Source: an uncultured Nitrososphaerota archaeon
Lineage (GTDB): Archaea > Thermoproteota > Nitrososphaeria > Nitrososphaerales > Nitrosopumilaceae
Direction of reading: 5' to 3'
DNA length: 32,000 nucleotides
Assembly (NCBI GenBank): GCA_963701075.1
Contig: OY969559.1
Location: forward strand, 1,550,540-1,582,539
Shown here: positions 1 through 8,181 of the stretch, piece after piece
How positions within the stretch are numbered: the first letter of the stretch is position 1
Layout: every line of letters starts with the position of its first letter
Notes under the pieces: model-generated
The model's database searches: none
Seen by the model: only the letters and a program-made list of their open reading frames with translations
Told to the model about the DNA's origin: nothing
Position numbers and translations under genes: made by a program

Positions 1-534
1 TGGTTCACATGGAAGAACCATTGCCATATGCCCCATTGTCGTATACCATGGAGTGGTGTCAGCCACATCCAGAAATTGTCCTGGTTTGAGATGTACGCTA
101 CCAAAATGGAACCATTCTTCAGTTGGGATGTTTGGAGGAGCATCAGCAGTTTGATTATATCCCGGTGAGAACGCTTCGCAGCGACCATAATATGCTATTC
201 CTTGATAGACATAGCACGGATTAGCTGCTGATGAAGCAGAGCTGTCTGCAACACACCAACCAGTGAATGTCCACGGATTACCTAAAAATGAGGTAGTATC
301 AGTGAAGGTTGGTATTGGCGGCCCTCCCAGATATGTGGCAGGATATGTCGTCTGCTGACAAGTTCCTTCAGATGTTGTGAACGCCGGTACATACACCCAA
401 GGAGTGGAGGTATACATTTTTGGGGTCACAAGTGCGTACGCAGAAGGTACTATGTGAGTCGGACCTAGTCCAAACCCAACAGTAGCAACAATTGTCAGTA
501 CTAGGATTGTAGTTAGAAGCGATTGTTTTTGCAC
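1..534 (-). CDS. secreted Cys-containing protein, partial (C-terminus runs off the left edge)
   Basis: Not in the supplied track. GTG start at 534-532, frame open to nt 1 (178 codons). N-terminus VQKQSLLTTILVLTIVATVGFGLGPTHIVPSAYA looks like a signal peptide. The tracked ORF 368..550 is in another frame and looks spurious. A TATA-like TTAAAATAAA and the palindromic motif at 571..593 lie upstream. Confidence 0.6.
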   Translation of the reverse strand, partial: MQKQSLLTTILVLTIVATVGFGLGPTHIVPSAYALVTPKMYTSTPWVYVPAFTTSEGTCQQTTYPATYLGGPPIPTFTDTTSFLGNPWTFTGWCVADSSASSAANPCYVYQGIAYYGRCEAFSPGYNQTADAPPNIPTEEWFHFGSVHLKPGQFLDVADTTPWYTTMGHMAMVLPCEP

Positions 535-570
535 TATTGAACTTGAACAAATTGATTTATTTTAAGAGTC

Positions 571-593
571 TGGTTCATTCTACAAATGTACCA
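571..593 (-). promoter_or_regulatory. imperfect palindrome TGGTTCA-N9-TGTACCA next to the TATA box of the 1..534 gene
   Basis: Read directly: tggttca ttctacaaa tgtacca. Same arm/spacer geometry as the perfect palindrome at 2398..2420. TATA-like tttattttaa at 556..565, 5 nt from the proximal arm; start codon at 534. Confidence 0.55.
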
Positions 594-687
594 GTAGTGT
601 TTTGAGATAAATCAACATGTTTTGTTTCTAAAGATCGTAAGTTTCTAAATCAGAATTTCTCAGGATCAAATACAATTTCGATACAAT

Positions 688-879
688 TTACAAATAGTTG
701 GAATCTATTTGTAATGCGAAATATTGTGGAGTGGCATTTGGATGTAAAATTTTTCCAACCCGATCCCCGTTGCACGGCATGACATGCCATACAACAAAGG
801 ATGGATCAGTGATGAAGTCAAAACGATACGCGTCTTGTTTATTGATTAAACATTTTACAAGATAAAGCAATAGATACAT
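688..879 (-). CDS. hypothetical small protein (63 aa), doubtful
   Basis: ATG-initiated ORF only, with no recognisable motif. It lies downstream of oligo-T tracts that may terminate the upstream gene. Confidence 0.25.
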   Translation of the reverse strand: MYLLLYLVKCLINKQDAYRFDFITDPSFVVWHVMPCNGDRVGKILHPNATPQYFALQIDSNYL

Positions 880-897
880 TTGCAGAATAAACCACTG

Positions 898-914
898 AAA
901 AAATTATGAAAAAA
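898..914 (-). terminator. candidate archaeal oligo-T terminator after the 935..2353 gene
   Basis: Two T6 tracts on the minus strand (A6 at 898..903 and 909..914 on plus), 21-37 nt past the stop codon. Oligo-T is the known archaeal termination signal. Confidence 0.3.
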
Positions 915-934
915 TAGATTCAGAATATACAGAG

Positions 935-2353
935 TCAGTTGCAGACAGGATTGTTTAGACAATGAAGACTTGCGCCAGTAAGAGTTGCACCGCCCAAGTC
1001 TACGCTCCTTAAATCAGCACCGTCAAAATTAGCTCCTGTTAGGTCTGCATAAGCAAATCCAGTACCTTGCAAGCTTGCACCCCTGAAATCAGCACCTCTA
1101 AGGTCAGAATTCATGAGAAGTGCACCGTCTAGATCCGCGCCATTAAATGAGACACGTTCCATAGTTGCCCACCTCATCTGACTCCCCTGCAAATTAGCAC
1201 CAGTCATGTTTGCACCATTAAGAGTCACATAGTCAAAATCAGAAGTTCCCAAGTCGGTGCCAATCATTTGCGTGCCACTCATATTTGCGCTAGAAAGATC
1301 ACTGTTTTCCATATTAGCATTGGTAAAGTTAGCAAAGTCAATGTTTGCTTCCACCAAGTCTGATTTGTAAAGGTTCGCACCAGCAAAATTTGCGCCAACA
1401 AGATTGGCTGACGATAGATTAACATGGCTTAGATTATTTCCAGATTTATCGCAGAACGCCCAATCCACACTAGGAAGGTTTTCTGTCTGACAATAACCCG
1501 CGTGACGTACCACATCTACATTTACTTGATATGGAGGCCTTGCGGGAGAACTGAAGTATTTTATATAATCAGCTGATGTCAAGTTGCCTGATGATAACAC
1601 TCCTGCCAAATCTGCTAGCGCATTAGGCGTGGATAGCATATTAGATTGTGGTGTTCCTGCCATACTATTCATCATACCTTGCGCGTAATAATCAAATGAA
1701 AATATTCCTGACATGCCAATCATGTTATTCTCAATCTTATCAAAGAAAGAAGGGATAATAATGCACTGCGATGTCTGTCCTGGCAAGCTTTGCGTGTTAA
1801 CACAATTTGGTTTTGAATATGACATGCTGCTACCAGAGGTCGACATGCCTGACATGCCGTTCATGCCTGACATGCCGTTCATGCCTGACATGCCGTTCAT
1901 GCCTGACATGCCGTTCATGCCTGACATTCCTGACATGCCTTGCGTATTACAATTTGTCATTTCCGACATGGCTTGCGGATTATATGCCATGCTTTGAACG
2001 TCATTACAGTATATCGTTTGCCCCATCGCTGTTAGCAAACCATCAGATGTACTGCTTATTCCTGACATGCTACTCATACCTGACATATTGGCAGACATCC
2101 CAGACATACCTTGCATGTTATTTGAAGATGAGTTAGCAAAGTTTTGACCTGAAACAAGAGTCTGTATCGAATTAATAAAATCTTGGTCACTGATTTGCCC
2201 ATTGGCCCACAGTAATGCCTTGTAATGAAACCATGCCGGTATGGTGGTTGGCATGACTTGGGCGCTAGCATGATTTTGTGACAATCCCATGCTGAGAATC
2301 AATACAGAGAAGAGTAGCGTTACTGCTGTTAATGTTATTCTTGTTGTTTGCAT
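935..2353 (-). CDS. secreted chimeric protein: signal peptide + IPAW..LWANGQISDQDF module + Met-rich (MSGM/MNGM) tracts + C-terminal pentapeptide-repeat domain
   Basis: N-terminal hydrophobic signal (LTAVTLLFSVLILSMGLS..ASA). Met-rich tracts QGMSGMSANMSGMSSMSG and GMSGMSGMNGMSGMNGMSGMNGMSGMNGMSGMS. About 170 aa of A(N/D)LxG-type pentapeptide repeats (ANLVGANFAGANLYKSDLVEANIDFANFTNANM...GADLRSVDLGGATLTGASL). Confidence 0.85.
   Translation of the reverse strand: MQTTRITLTAVTLLFSVLILSMGLSQNHASAQVMPTTIPAWFHYKALLWANGQISDQDFINSIQTLVSGQNFANSSSNNMQGMSGMSANMSGMSSMSGISSTSDGLLTAMGQTIYCNDVQSMAYNPQAMSEMTNCNTQGMSGMSGMNGMSGMNGMSGMNGMSGMNGMSGMSTSGSSMSYSKPNCVNTQSLPGQTSQCIIIPSFFDKIENNMIGMSGIFSFDYYAQGMMNSMAGTPQSNMLSTPNALADLAGVLSSGNLTSADYIKYFSSPARPPYQVNVDVVRHAGYCQTENLPSVDWAFCDKSGNNLSHVNLSSANLVGANFAGANLYKSDLVEANIDFANFTNANMENSDLSSANMSGTQMIGTDLGTSDFDYVTLNGANMTGANLQGSQMRWATMERVSFNGADLDGALLMNSDLRGADFRGASLQGTGFAYADLTGANFDGADLRSVDLGGATLTGASLHCLNNPVCN
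1844..1915 (-). repeat. four perfect tandem copies of an 18-bp unit (catgcctgacatgccgtt) inside the CDS, decaying to about 1940
   Basis: Read directly. Units at 1844, 1862, 1880 and 1898, with a fifth diverged copy from 1916. They encode (NGMSGM)n on the minus strand. Confidence 0.95.
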
Positions 2354-2397
2354 TTATCTTCTAAGAATCTAGAATTGCTGCGAGATAATAAATAACA

Positions 2398-2420
2398 TGG
2401 TACATTCGATAATTGTACCA
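2398..2420 (-). promoter_or_regulatory. perfect palindrome TGGTACA-N9-TGTACCA next to the TATA box of the 935..2353 gene
   Basis: tggtaca ttcgataat tgtacca, with 7-bp arms that are exact reverse complements. TATA-like ataataaataa at 2385..2395, 2 nt from the proximal arm; ATG at 2353. Confidence 0.65.
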
Positions 2421-2535
2421 ATATTCAGATTTTAAAACTAGAAATTAATTTTGCATTTTAATAAATGAATTTAGAAATATGTTGTAATTATATTAAAGTG
2501 TAAATATTTTTTATCATTGTTCCTTAGCGTTTAAT

Positions 2536-3429
2536 TTATTTTCTTGGAATCACTCTAGACATAACTATTATACCAACAAATGATATCATCACAAGTAGTA
2601 TTGGCATAGGAAACTCCGGTACGGCAGTTATATTGAATGCAGATATCAGGTTAGGATGAATTTGCATGTGCACCACCATCATGACATCATTACCAGATCC
2701 CTGGGCATCTATTTTTTGTTTGAGTTCAGGGAGCGCAGTTCCAACTTTGTCAAGGTATACGGATGTACTTGACGGTGCAATTGATTGCAAATTATTAAAC
2801 ATGGTTTGAGCCGCATCAGTCATAGCCTGTGCACTTTGATATGCCGCCATATTGACAATTGGCGTGCTAGATGCAGTACTAGATGATGACATTCCGGACA
2901 TGCTGCCCATGTTCATATTATTCATGTTGGTAAGATCTACCTTGGACCCTATAGCATTACCATAGTCCTTCAACACTTCATTTAAGACATAAACCGTTGC
3001 AAGTGCCTGTACCGTAGCGTTATTTTGTGAAGCGCTGCTGACTTCTTCTGATTCTGCTTGGTCCAAGAGTTGGCCTATCTCATCTGCAGTTTGGTTTGCT
3101 GCGGCAGGATTTGCGTTTGGTTGTCCTGCCATAGAATACAAGTCATCTATAGATGTAGATAACTGAGTAGCAAGACTCGAGTTTGTTTGAGAAAGAATGC
3201 CCATCTCGTTGCTTCCCCAATATTCCTGACTTTGCGATATGTGCCACTGGGCCAAGGTACTATTAGAAATATTATTTGCTATCAATTTTGATTCTACCTT
3301 GAACTCTTGAACTTTTGCTATCAAACTTGCATCTGAATTTTGAACAAAGTTATGGGCAAACGCTGGATGAGCAACCAACATGCCACTGAACACAATAACC
3401 ATTATTGATACCGCCAGCGCCCTTTTCAT
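2536..3429 (-). CDS. secreted helical protein with predicted N-terminal His after signal cleavage, Met-rich tract and PEF-CTERM sorting tail
   Basis: Signal MKRALAVSIMVIVFSGMLVAHPAFA followed by HNFVQ. Met-rich tract MNNMNMGSMSGMSSSS. C-terminus AVPEFPMPILLVMISFVGIIVMSRVIPRK (PEF + TM + basic tail). Confidence 0.8.
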   Translation of the reverse strand: MKRALAVSIMVIVFSGMLVAHPAFAHNFVQNSDASLIAKVQEFKVESKLIANNISNSTLAQWHISQSQEYWGSNEMGILSQTNSSLATQLSTSIDDLYSMAGQPNANPAAANQTADEIGQLLDQAESEEVSSASQNNATVQALATVYVLNEVLKDYGNAIGSKVDLTNMNNMNMGSMSGMSSSSTASSTPIVNMAAYQSAQAMTDAAQTMFNNLQSIAPSSTSVYLDKVGTALPELKQKIDAQGSGNDVMMVVHMQIHPNLISAFNITAVPEFPMPILLVMISFVGIIVMSRVIPRK

Positions 3430-3465
3430 ACCAGTGGGTGCGCTGGCAACATTTTAAAATATTTT

Positions 3466-3472
3466 GGTACAC
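3466..3472 (-). promoter_or_regulatory. TGTACCA heptamer (gene orientation) 5 nt upstream of the TATA box of 2536..3429
   Basis: Plus strand tggtaca. TATA-like attttaaaat at 3451..3460; ATG at 3429. Confidence 0.5.
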
Positions 3473-3485
3473 ACATCAAGTAAAA

Positions 3486-3794
3486 TTAATCTGGGTTTTT
3501 TCGCGTTATGGCTACAACTGCTATCACTACACCGGCTGCACCAATTCCTATACCAGCCATGCTTATGACGTATAATGTATCAGTTGTGTCCTTTACTTCT
3601 TGAAAAGACTGGGCAACTTTTGCATAACTTTGAGCTGCATTATCTGCAGTATTCTTTGCGTCGGTGATATCATTGGTTAGCTGATTGATGACATTTTGAG
3701 ACACTTGTGCTGATACAGGATGTATAACATGTGGCGACATTGCAATAACCGTCACAGCAAGAATCGCCGCAAGTATCAATTGTCTGGATTTCAT
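3486..3794 (-). CDS. small secreted/membrane-anchored protein (signal peptide + C-terminal TM)
   Basis: MKSRQLILAAILAVTVIAMSPHVIHPVSA signal, a helical Q/N/D-rich middle, and C-terminal MAGIGIGAAGVVIAVVAITRKNPD. Confidence 0.65.
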   Translation of the reverse strand: MKSRQLILAAILAVTVIAMSPHVIHPVSAQVSQNVINQLTNDITDAKNTADNAAQSYAKVAQSFQEVKDTTDTLYVISMAGIGIGAAGVVIAVVAITRKNPD

Positions 3795-3835
3795 TTCGTT
3801 ATATCAACAAGTGTCGAATTTTCATAAATATGTTA

Positions 3836-3842
3836 TGGTACA
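3836..3842 (-). promoter_or_regulatory. TGTACCA heptamer 4 nt upstream of the TATA box of 3486..3794
   Basis: Plus strand tggtaca. TATA-like ttcataaatat at 3821..3831; ATG at 3794. Confidence 0.5.
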
Positions 3843-3864
3843 AATTCAAAGATTGTGAAATGGT

Positions 3865-4479
3865 TTAGAATTTAAGAAATCCTCTTGTTCTTCCAGTGAC
3901 TACAACAACACTGATTATTGCAATCACAAGAACCAGAGAAGCTACAGGACCAAATTCTGGCACAGTTTGATTGCCTGACATGGTGCTGTTCCCAGTCATG
4001 TTCATGCCTGACATACTAGTCATGGCTGGAAAGTAATACGCGTCCTTGGCTTCAACATCTTGCAGAGGATATGTGGTAGAAGGTATTGTTGTTCCGCCTA
4101 TTGTACCCTGGATTATCATGTTATAGGTTCCAATCTGAGTTGGATTCACAGCGGCATCATACTCTCCAGGCGTATCATCGCTTGGGTCAAAGCTTACTAC
4201 CTTTGTCTGTCCACCATACTGGATGGTTGTGGTCATGTTGTCAAGACCAGTATCTGCGATAGGCGGTGCGTTGTCACTTGTTCCGTTGTATATGAATATC
4301 TGGACTGCATTTGCGTCACCTACAAGCGGTGGCTCATTTACCCAGCCGATCTTTATCGTGACGTTGTTAAATGTTTTTGTGATGTGTGCTTCAGCTGGAT
4401 GAAGTGCAAATGGTGTAACCAAAATAGCAACTAGAGCAAAAACTACGGGAACTAAAAATTTTCTAAGATTCACCCACAT
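3865..4479 (-). CDS. secreted beta-sandwich-like protein with predicted N-terminal His, Met-rich tract and PEFG-CTERM tail (duplicate copy A)
   Basis: Signal ...FALHPAEA followed by HITKTF. Met-rich tract PAMTSMSGMNMTGNSTMSGNQT. C-terminus VPEFGPVASLVLVIAIISVVVVTGRTRGFLKF. Only 11 nt downstream of the 4491..4940 gene, so probably co-transcribed with it. Confidence 0.85.
   Translation of the reverse strand: MWVNLRKFLVPVVFALVAILVTPFALHPAEAHITKTFNNVTIKIGWVNEPPLVGDANAVQIFIYNGTSDNAPPIADTGLDNMTTTIQYGGQTKVVSFDPSDDTPGEYDAAVNPTQIGTYNMIIQGTIGGTTIPSTTYPLQDVEAKDAYYFPAMTSMSGMNMTGNSTMSGNQTVPEFGPVASLVLVIAIISVVVVTGRTRGFLKF
4042..4409. repeat. direct repeat copy A (368 bp, near-identical to 4509..4876)
   Basis: Manual alignment at a constant offset of 467 bp with only a handful of mismatches (e.g. 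ccgcct/ccgtct, gagttggattcacagcggc/gagtcggaatcacagcagc). Confidence 0.9.
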
Positions 4480-4490
4480 TCACTCCACTA

Positions 4491-4940
4491 TCAAGGAAAG
4501 TTATACTTGTCCTTGGCTTCAACATCTTGCAGAGGATATGTGGTAGAAGGTATTGTTGTTCCGTCTATTGTACCCTGGATTATCATGTTATAGGTTCCAA
4601 TCTGAGTCGGAATCACAGCAGCATCATATTCTCCAGGCGTATCATCGCTTGGGTCAAAGCTTACTACCTTTGTCTGTCCACCATACTGGATGGTTGTGGT
4701 CATGTTGTCAAGACCAGTATCTGCGATAGGCGGTGCGTTGTCACTTGTTCCGTTGTATATGAATATCTGGACTGCATTTGCGTCACCTACAAGCGGTGGC
4801 TCATTTACCCAGCCGATCTTTATCGTGACGTTGTTAAATGTTTTTGTGATGTGTGCTTCAGCTGGATGAAGTGCAAGTGGAACCATAATAACTGCTGCCA
4901 AAGCTAGAATTACTGTGACTACAAATTTTCTAGATTTCAT
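4491..4940 (-). CDS. secreted beta-sandwich-like protein with predicted N-terminal His (duplicate copy B), lacking the Met-rich and PEFG-CTERM tail
   Basis: Signal MKSRKFVVTVILALAAVIMVPLALHPAEA followed by HITKTF. The mature domain is almost identical to 3865..4479 but stops at ...KDKYNFP. Confidence 0.85.
   Translation of the reverse strand: MKSRKFVVTVILALAAVIMVPLALHPAEAHITKTFNNVTIKIGWVNEPPLVGDANAVQIFIYNGTSDNAPPIADTGLDNMTTTIQYGGQTKVVSFDPSDDTPGEYDAAVIPTQIGTYNMIIQGTIDGTTIPSTTYPLQDVEAKDKYNFP
4509..4876. repeat. direct repeat copy B (368 bp, near-identical to 4042..4409)
   Basis: See copy A. Confidence 0.9.
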
Positions 4941-4984
4941 GTCTCTCCTGTGATTATCATCAAATTATTTTCTTATATACGTTA

Positions 4985-4991
4985 TGGTACA
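4985..4991 (-). promoter_or_regulatory. TGTACCA heptamer 5 nt upstream of the TATA box of the 4491..4940 / 3865..4479 operon
   Basis: Plus strand tggtaca. TATA cttatata at 4972..4979; ATG at 4940. Confidence 0.5.
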
Positions 4992-5026
4992 AAATCAAAA
5001 CAAGAATTGTTGTTCTATTTTACAAC

Positions 5027-5033
5027 TGTACCA
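5027..5033 (+). promoter_or_regulatory. TGTACCA heptamer 6 nt upstream of the TATA box of the CopC-CopD gene
   Basis: tgtacca, then TATTAAATTATAA at 5040..5052; ATG at 5081. It shares the divergent intergenic region with the 4985 site. Confidence 0.5.
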
Positions 5034-5080
5034 CTATTGTATTAAATTATAAGTGTTCATGAAACGTATAGATTGTATTT

Positions 5081-8000
5081 ATGACAGAAAGAACGAGAGG
5101 GCCAAAATCAACAATCAAAATAATTTTGCTAGTCGTTGTAGCTGTATCGGTCTTGGTCGTGGTGCCAAACATACCCAAGTCTTATGCGCATGCATTTGTT
5201 ATTGGTAGTGATCCTGCACCATTTGCGTCATTGAATACTCCACCAACACAAGTTGAAGTAGATTTTGTTGATCCCATAGACATGCGATATAGTCAGATAA
5301 AGGTCTTGGATTCTAACGGTAAAGAAGTCAATAACAACGACTGGCATTTCATCACTGCTGATCATGAAAAATCAGTTGTTACTTTACCTTCCATTCCGAA
5401 TGGAATTTACACTGTGTATACCAAAGTTCTTGATGCCACTGATGGCCATACCACTACAAACGCATTTGTTTTTGCCGTTGGCCAACCTATACCACAGAAT
5501 CTCTTAAACCAAAAAGAGAGTGTTTCCTTTACAGATATCGTATCCATTCAAGATACAATAGCAAGGTATCCATCACTTGTTGGACAAATCATTGTAGTTG
5601 GTGCTATCTTCTCAACTTTCTGGTTATGGAAACCACTATCTAGAATCTCTGCATTAAAAGACGTCTTTGGACAGACTCGCGTCATGATAGACAAGAGTAT
5701 GACCAAGTTGGTGCTAATTGGCTCAATAATTATTCTGGGTGGAGATGCGGCAATGATTTCATCTGAGATGTATTCAATAAATTCAGGACTCCTAGATGCA
5801 ATTAGCACGAATTTTGGACAAATGTGGATTGTACGTATGTCACTTTCTGCAGCCCTATTTGGAGTGGCATTTGTTGCATACCGTAAACAAAAGCAGTCAA
5901 ATGGGGTCTTGCCCAAAGGCCTAGTCGCAACTCTGTTTGGACTGGGGATAGCGGTACTTACGACAACTACACTGATAAGCCATGGTGCAGCAAGCGGAAA
6001 ATTTTTGGCACTAGTTTTTGATTTCGTACACAACGTTGTTGCTTCACTCTGGATTGGAGGTGTGATATATCTGGCGTTTGTTGTGGCACCGCTATTGAAA
6101 CGTATGCCTGATGATCGTGCCAGCGTTGCCATCATGTCTGTGATAATACCAAGATTCTCCACGGTAGTTGTTGCACTACTTGGCATAGTTGCAATGACAG
6201 GTCCCTCTCTTCTTTACGAACTTGAAAACAACCTCTCCCTCACTCTAGCATCCATATACGGAGATATACTTATCATAAAACTCTCATTGGCCGGTGCCAT
6301 GATTGGAGTTGGCGCTTTCCATCAGTTCATAATTTTTCGACAAGCGCGAAGCGCCATTGCTGTCTCGCCTCAGCAAGAGCATCATGTTGCCATGCCAATC
6401 GATCTAAAAATTCCTATCAAGAGGGGAAGCGAGGGCAAATCAGTCATCTCACATTTTGGCCGATTCATAAAAATTGAGGCAATAATAGGATTTTTGCTGA
6501 TTGCTTCAATAGCAGTTCTTGTCGATTCCGGTCTGCCCGCAATTCAATATCAAAATGAATTGTCGCAACAGAAAAACCAGATTCCGCCTGTCTACGCCTT
6601 TGCAACGCCACTTGTAACGCAGAACCAATTTACAGAAACGCGATTTACAGACACGGGGGACAAAATTGTCTTATCCATCAGTCCGTTCTATTCCGGAAAG
6701 AATAATGTAACGCTCTCGTTTTTTGATTCAAATGGTAACCCACTGAACAGCATAAACTCCACAACGATAACGCTTAACCAAGTAGACAAGGGCATAGGTC
6801 CGTTAGTGGTAGGGTACAACCCACTCGAACCACAGTTCAATAGCAGCAACTCTAAAGAGATATCACCGGGGGTATTTTCCATTAGCACAAGTGCCTTTGC
6901 AATACCGGGTCACTGGGAAGCACAGATAGAGGGAACAACCACACAGGCTGGTGCACTTAACGAGGTTACAACTTTTGATGATCTATATGTCAAGCCTAAC
7001 TTGGCCCAGCTGCAGGCAAACATAACAGAATACAAAATGCCAGATAACGCCCAGCCGTTGTATCCTCTTTATGATCCCATCAGAAATATAGTCTGGGTTG
7101 GAGACTCGGCCATTGGGAGTGGGAGGTTATGGGAGTTTGATCTAGACTCCAAACAGTTTACAGAACATAAGATCAATGGAACCAACATCATCATGTATAC
7201 AATAATGGACTTTCAAAACAACATTTGGTATTCTGACCCCCTAACAAAGATCTTGGGTAATTACGAACCAGACACGGGCAAAGAGCAGAATTACAATCTT
7301 CCTGCCAATGAGACCATTTCAGGTCTTGCCATAGACAACACAGGCAATCTTTGGATGACCTCTGCGTCAAGTAACCAACTGCTAGAATTTGACATGCAGA
7401 AAAAAACATTCCATTCATTGGACCTGCCAGCAAACTCTTCACCACTTGGAATTTCCATAGATCAATCAACCAACCAGATATGGGTAGCAGAAAGTAGTTC
7501 TGGAAAGATAGCAGAGGTAGATCCTTCCCAAAACTACAAAGTGACAGAATATGGTCCATCCAATGGCACCCTTGCAAGTCCCACGACGATTCTATTTGAC
7601 CCTGTAACTGGCAAAGTTTTTGTCTCAGAGCATGATGGCAAGGCAGTATCAGTTTTTGATCCCCTGACCAAGTCATTCGAAAGATATCAGACAGATCCTG
7701 ATCCTCAGGATCTGCCCTTTGGAATGGCATTTGATGCAAACCATGATCTATGGCTTGCTCAACACACCTTTGATAAGATTGCAGTTATAGATCCTAGAAC
7801 TGGCAAAACAAACGAATTTCCCATCCCTACGAAATCATCTTTTACCCAATGGGTCACAGCGGATTCAAAGGGAGATATAATACTGGCAGAACAACGCGCA
7901 AATGCACTTGGTCTTCTTACTACTAGCACAACTCCAGGATTTATCGAAAACGCCGAACAAACAGGTTCAGTCTTGGGCATACCACTGCCATTTAGTTATG

Positions 8001-8119
8001 CAGATGTGGTAGGACCCTCGATTGCAGGTTGCCTCGTAGCAGTGGCATTTCTCTACTCTAAAACCGTAATAGAGTTAAGTGACAGTTTGAGACATATAAA
8101 GAAAAACTACGGCCAGTGA
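5081..8119 (+). CDS. CopC-CopD fusion protein with an extracytoplasmic Ig-like domain, NHL/Vgb-like beta-propeller and C-terminal TM anchor
   Basis: The signal ends ...PKSYA, then HAFVIGSDPAP...VEVDFVDPI...IKVLDSNGKEV...GIYTVYTKVLDATDGHTTTNAFVFAVG, the classic CopC pattern. About 8 hydrophobic helices follow (residues about 160-480, CopD-like). Then repeated blades (IVWVGDS..GRLWEFD, NIWYSDP, NLWMTSASSNQLLEFD, QIWVAESSSGKIAEVD, KVFVSEHDGKAVSVFD, DLWLAQHTFDKIAVID). C-terminal TM IAGCLVAVAFLY. Confidence 0.9.
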   Translation: MTERTRGPKSTIKIILLVVVAVSVLVVVPNIPKSYAHAFVIGSDPAPFASLNTPPTQVEVDFVDPIDMRYSQIKVLDSNGKEVNNNDWHFITADHEKSVVTLPSIPNGIYTVYTKVLDATDGHTTTNAFVFAVGQPIPQNLLNQKESVSFTDIVSIQDTIARYPSLVGQIIVVGAIFSTFWLWKPLSRISALKDVFGQTRVMIDKSMTKLVLIGSIIILGGDAAMISSEMYSINSGLLDAISTNFGQMWIVRMSLSAALFGVAFVAYRKQKQSNGVLPKGLVATLFGLGIAVLTTTTLISHGAASGKFLALVFDFVHNVVASLWIGGVIYLAFVVAPLLKRMPDDRASVAIMSVIIPRFSTVVVALLGIVAMTGPSLLYELENNLSLTLASIYGDILIIKLSLAGAMIGVGAFHQFIIFRQARSAIAVSPQQEHHVAMPIDLKIPIKRGSEGKSVISHFGRFIKIEAIIGFLLIASIAVLVDSGLPAIQYQNELSQQKNQIPPVYAFATPLVTQNQFTETRFTDTGDKIVLSISPFYSGKNNVTLSFFDSNGNPLNSINSTTITLNQVDKGIGPLVVGYNPLEPQFNSSNSKEISPGVFSISTSAFAIPGHWEAQIEGTTTQAGALNEVTTFDDLYVKPNLAQLQANITEYKMPDNAQPLYPLYDPIRNIVWVGDSAIGSGRLWEFDLDSKQFTEHKINGTNIIMYTIMDFQNNIWYSDPLTKILGNYEPDTGKEQNYNLPANETISGLAIDNTGNLWMTSASSNQLLEFDMQKKTFHSLDLPANSSPLGISIDQSTNQIWVAESSSGKIAEVDPSQNYKVTEYGPSNGTLASPTTILFDPVTGKVFVSEHDGKAVSVFDPLTKSFERYQTDPDPQDLPFGMAFDANHDLWLAQHTFDKIAVIDPRTGKTNEFPIPTKSSFTQWVTADSKGDIILAEQRANALGLLTTSTTPGFIENAEQTGSVLGIPLPFSYADVVGPSIAGCLVAVAFLYSKTVIELSDSLRHIKKNYGQ

Positions 8120-8181
8120 TGCCACACCGCATAGGCAGTCACAGATAGCATCATCAGACTATATCAGGCACGTTCGTTCGT

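Noticed and set aside
1844-1940. CRISPR-like or satellite interpretation of the 18-bp repeats
   Set aside because: The units are contiguous without spacers, in frame, and inside a long ORF, so this is a coding tandem repeat.
1713-2136. Plus-strand ORFs 1713..1997 and 1807..2136 with striking DMPFMPDMPFMP / CLTCRSCLTCRS repeats
   Set aside because: They are the antisense and shifted readings of the 18-bp tandem repeat inside the 472-aa minus-strand gene. That gene has a signal peptide and two recognisable domains. The plus-strand ORFs have no independent start context.
4060-4907. Two near-identical Cys-rich plus-strand ORFs (4060..4434, 4527..4907)
   Set aside because: They are shadow frames of the duplicated minus-strand genes. 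Their similarity simply mirrors the DNA duplication, and their composition (C/R/Y-rich, no motifs) is typical of antisense readings.
5548-7980. Minus-strand ORFs 5548..6186, 6688..6888, 7191..7739 and 7759..7980 inside the CopC-CopD gene
   Set aside because: They lie entirely within a 1,012-aa ORF with strong domain evidence, and no motif of their own was seen.
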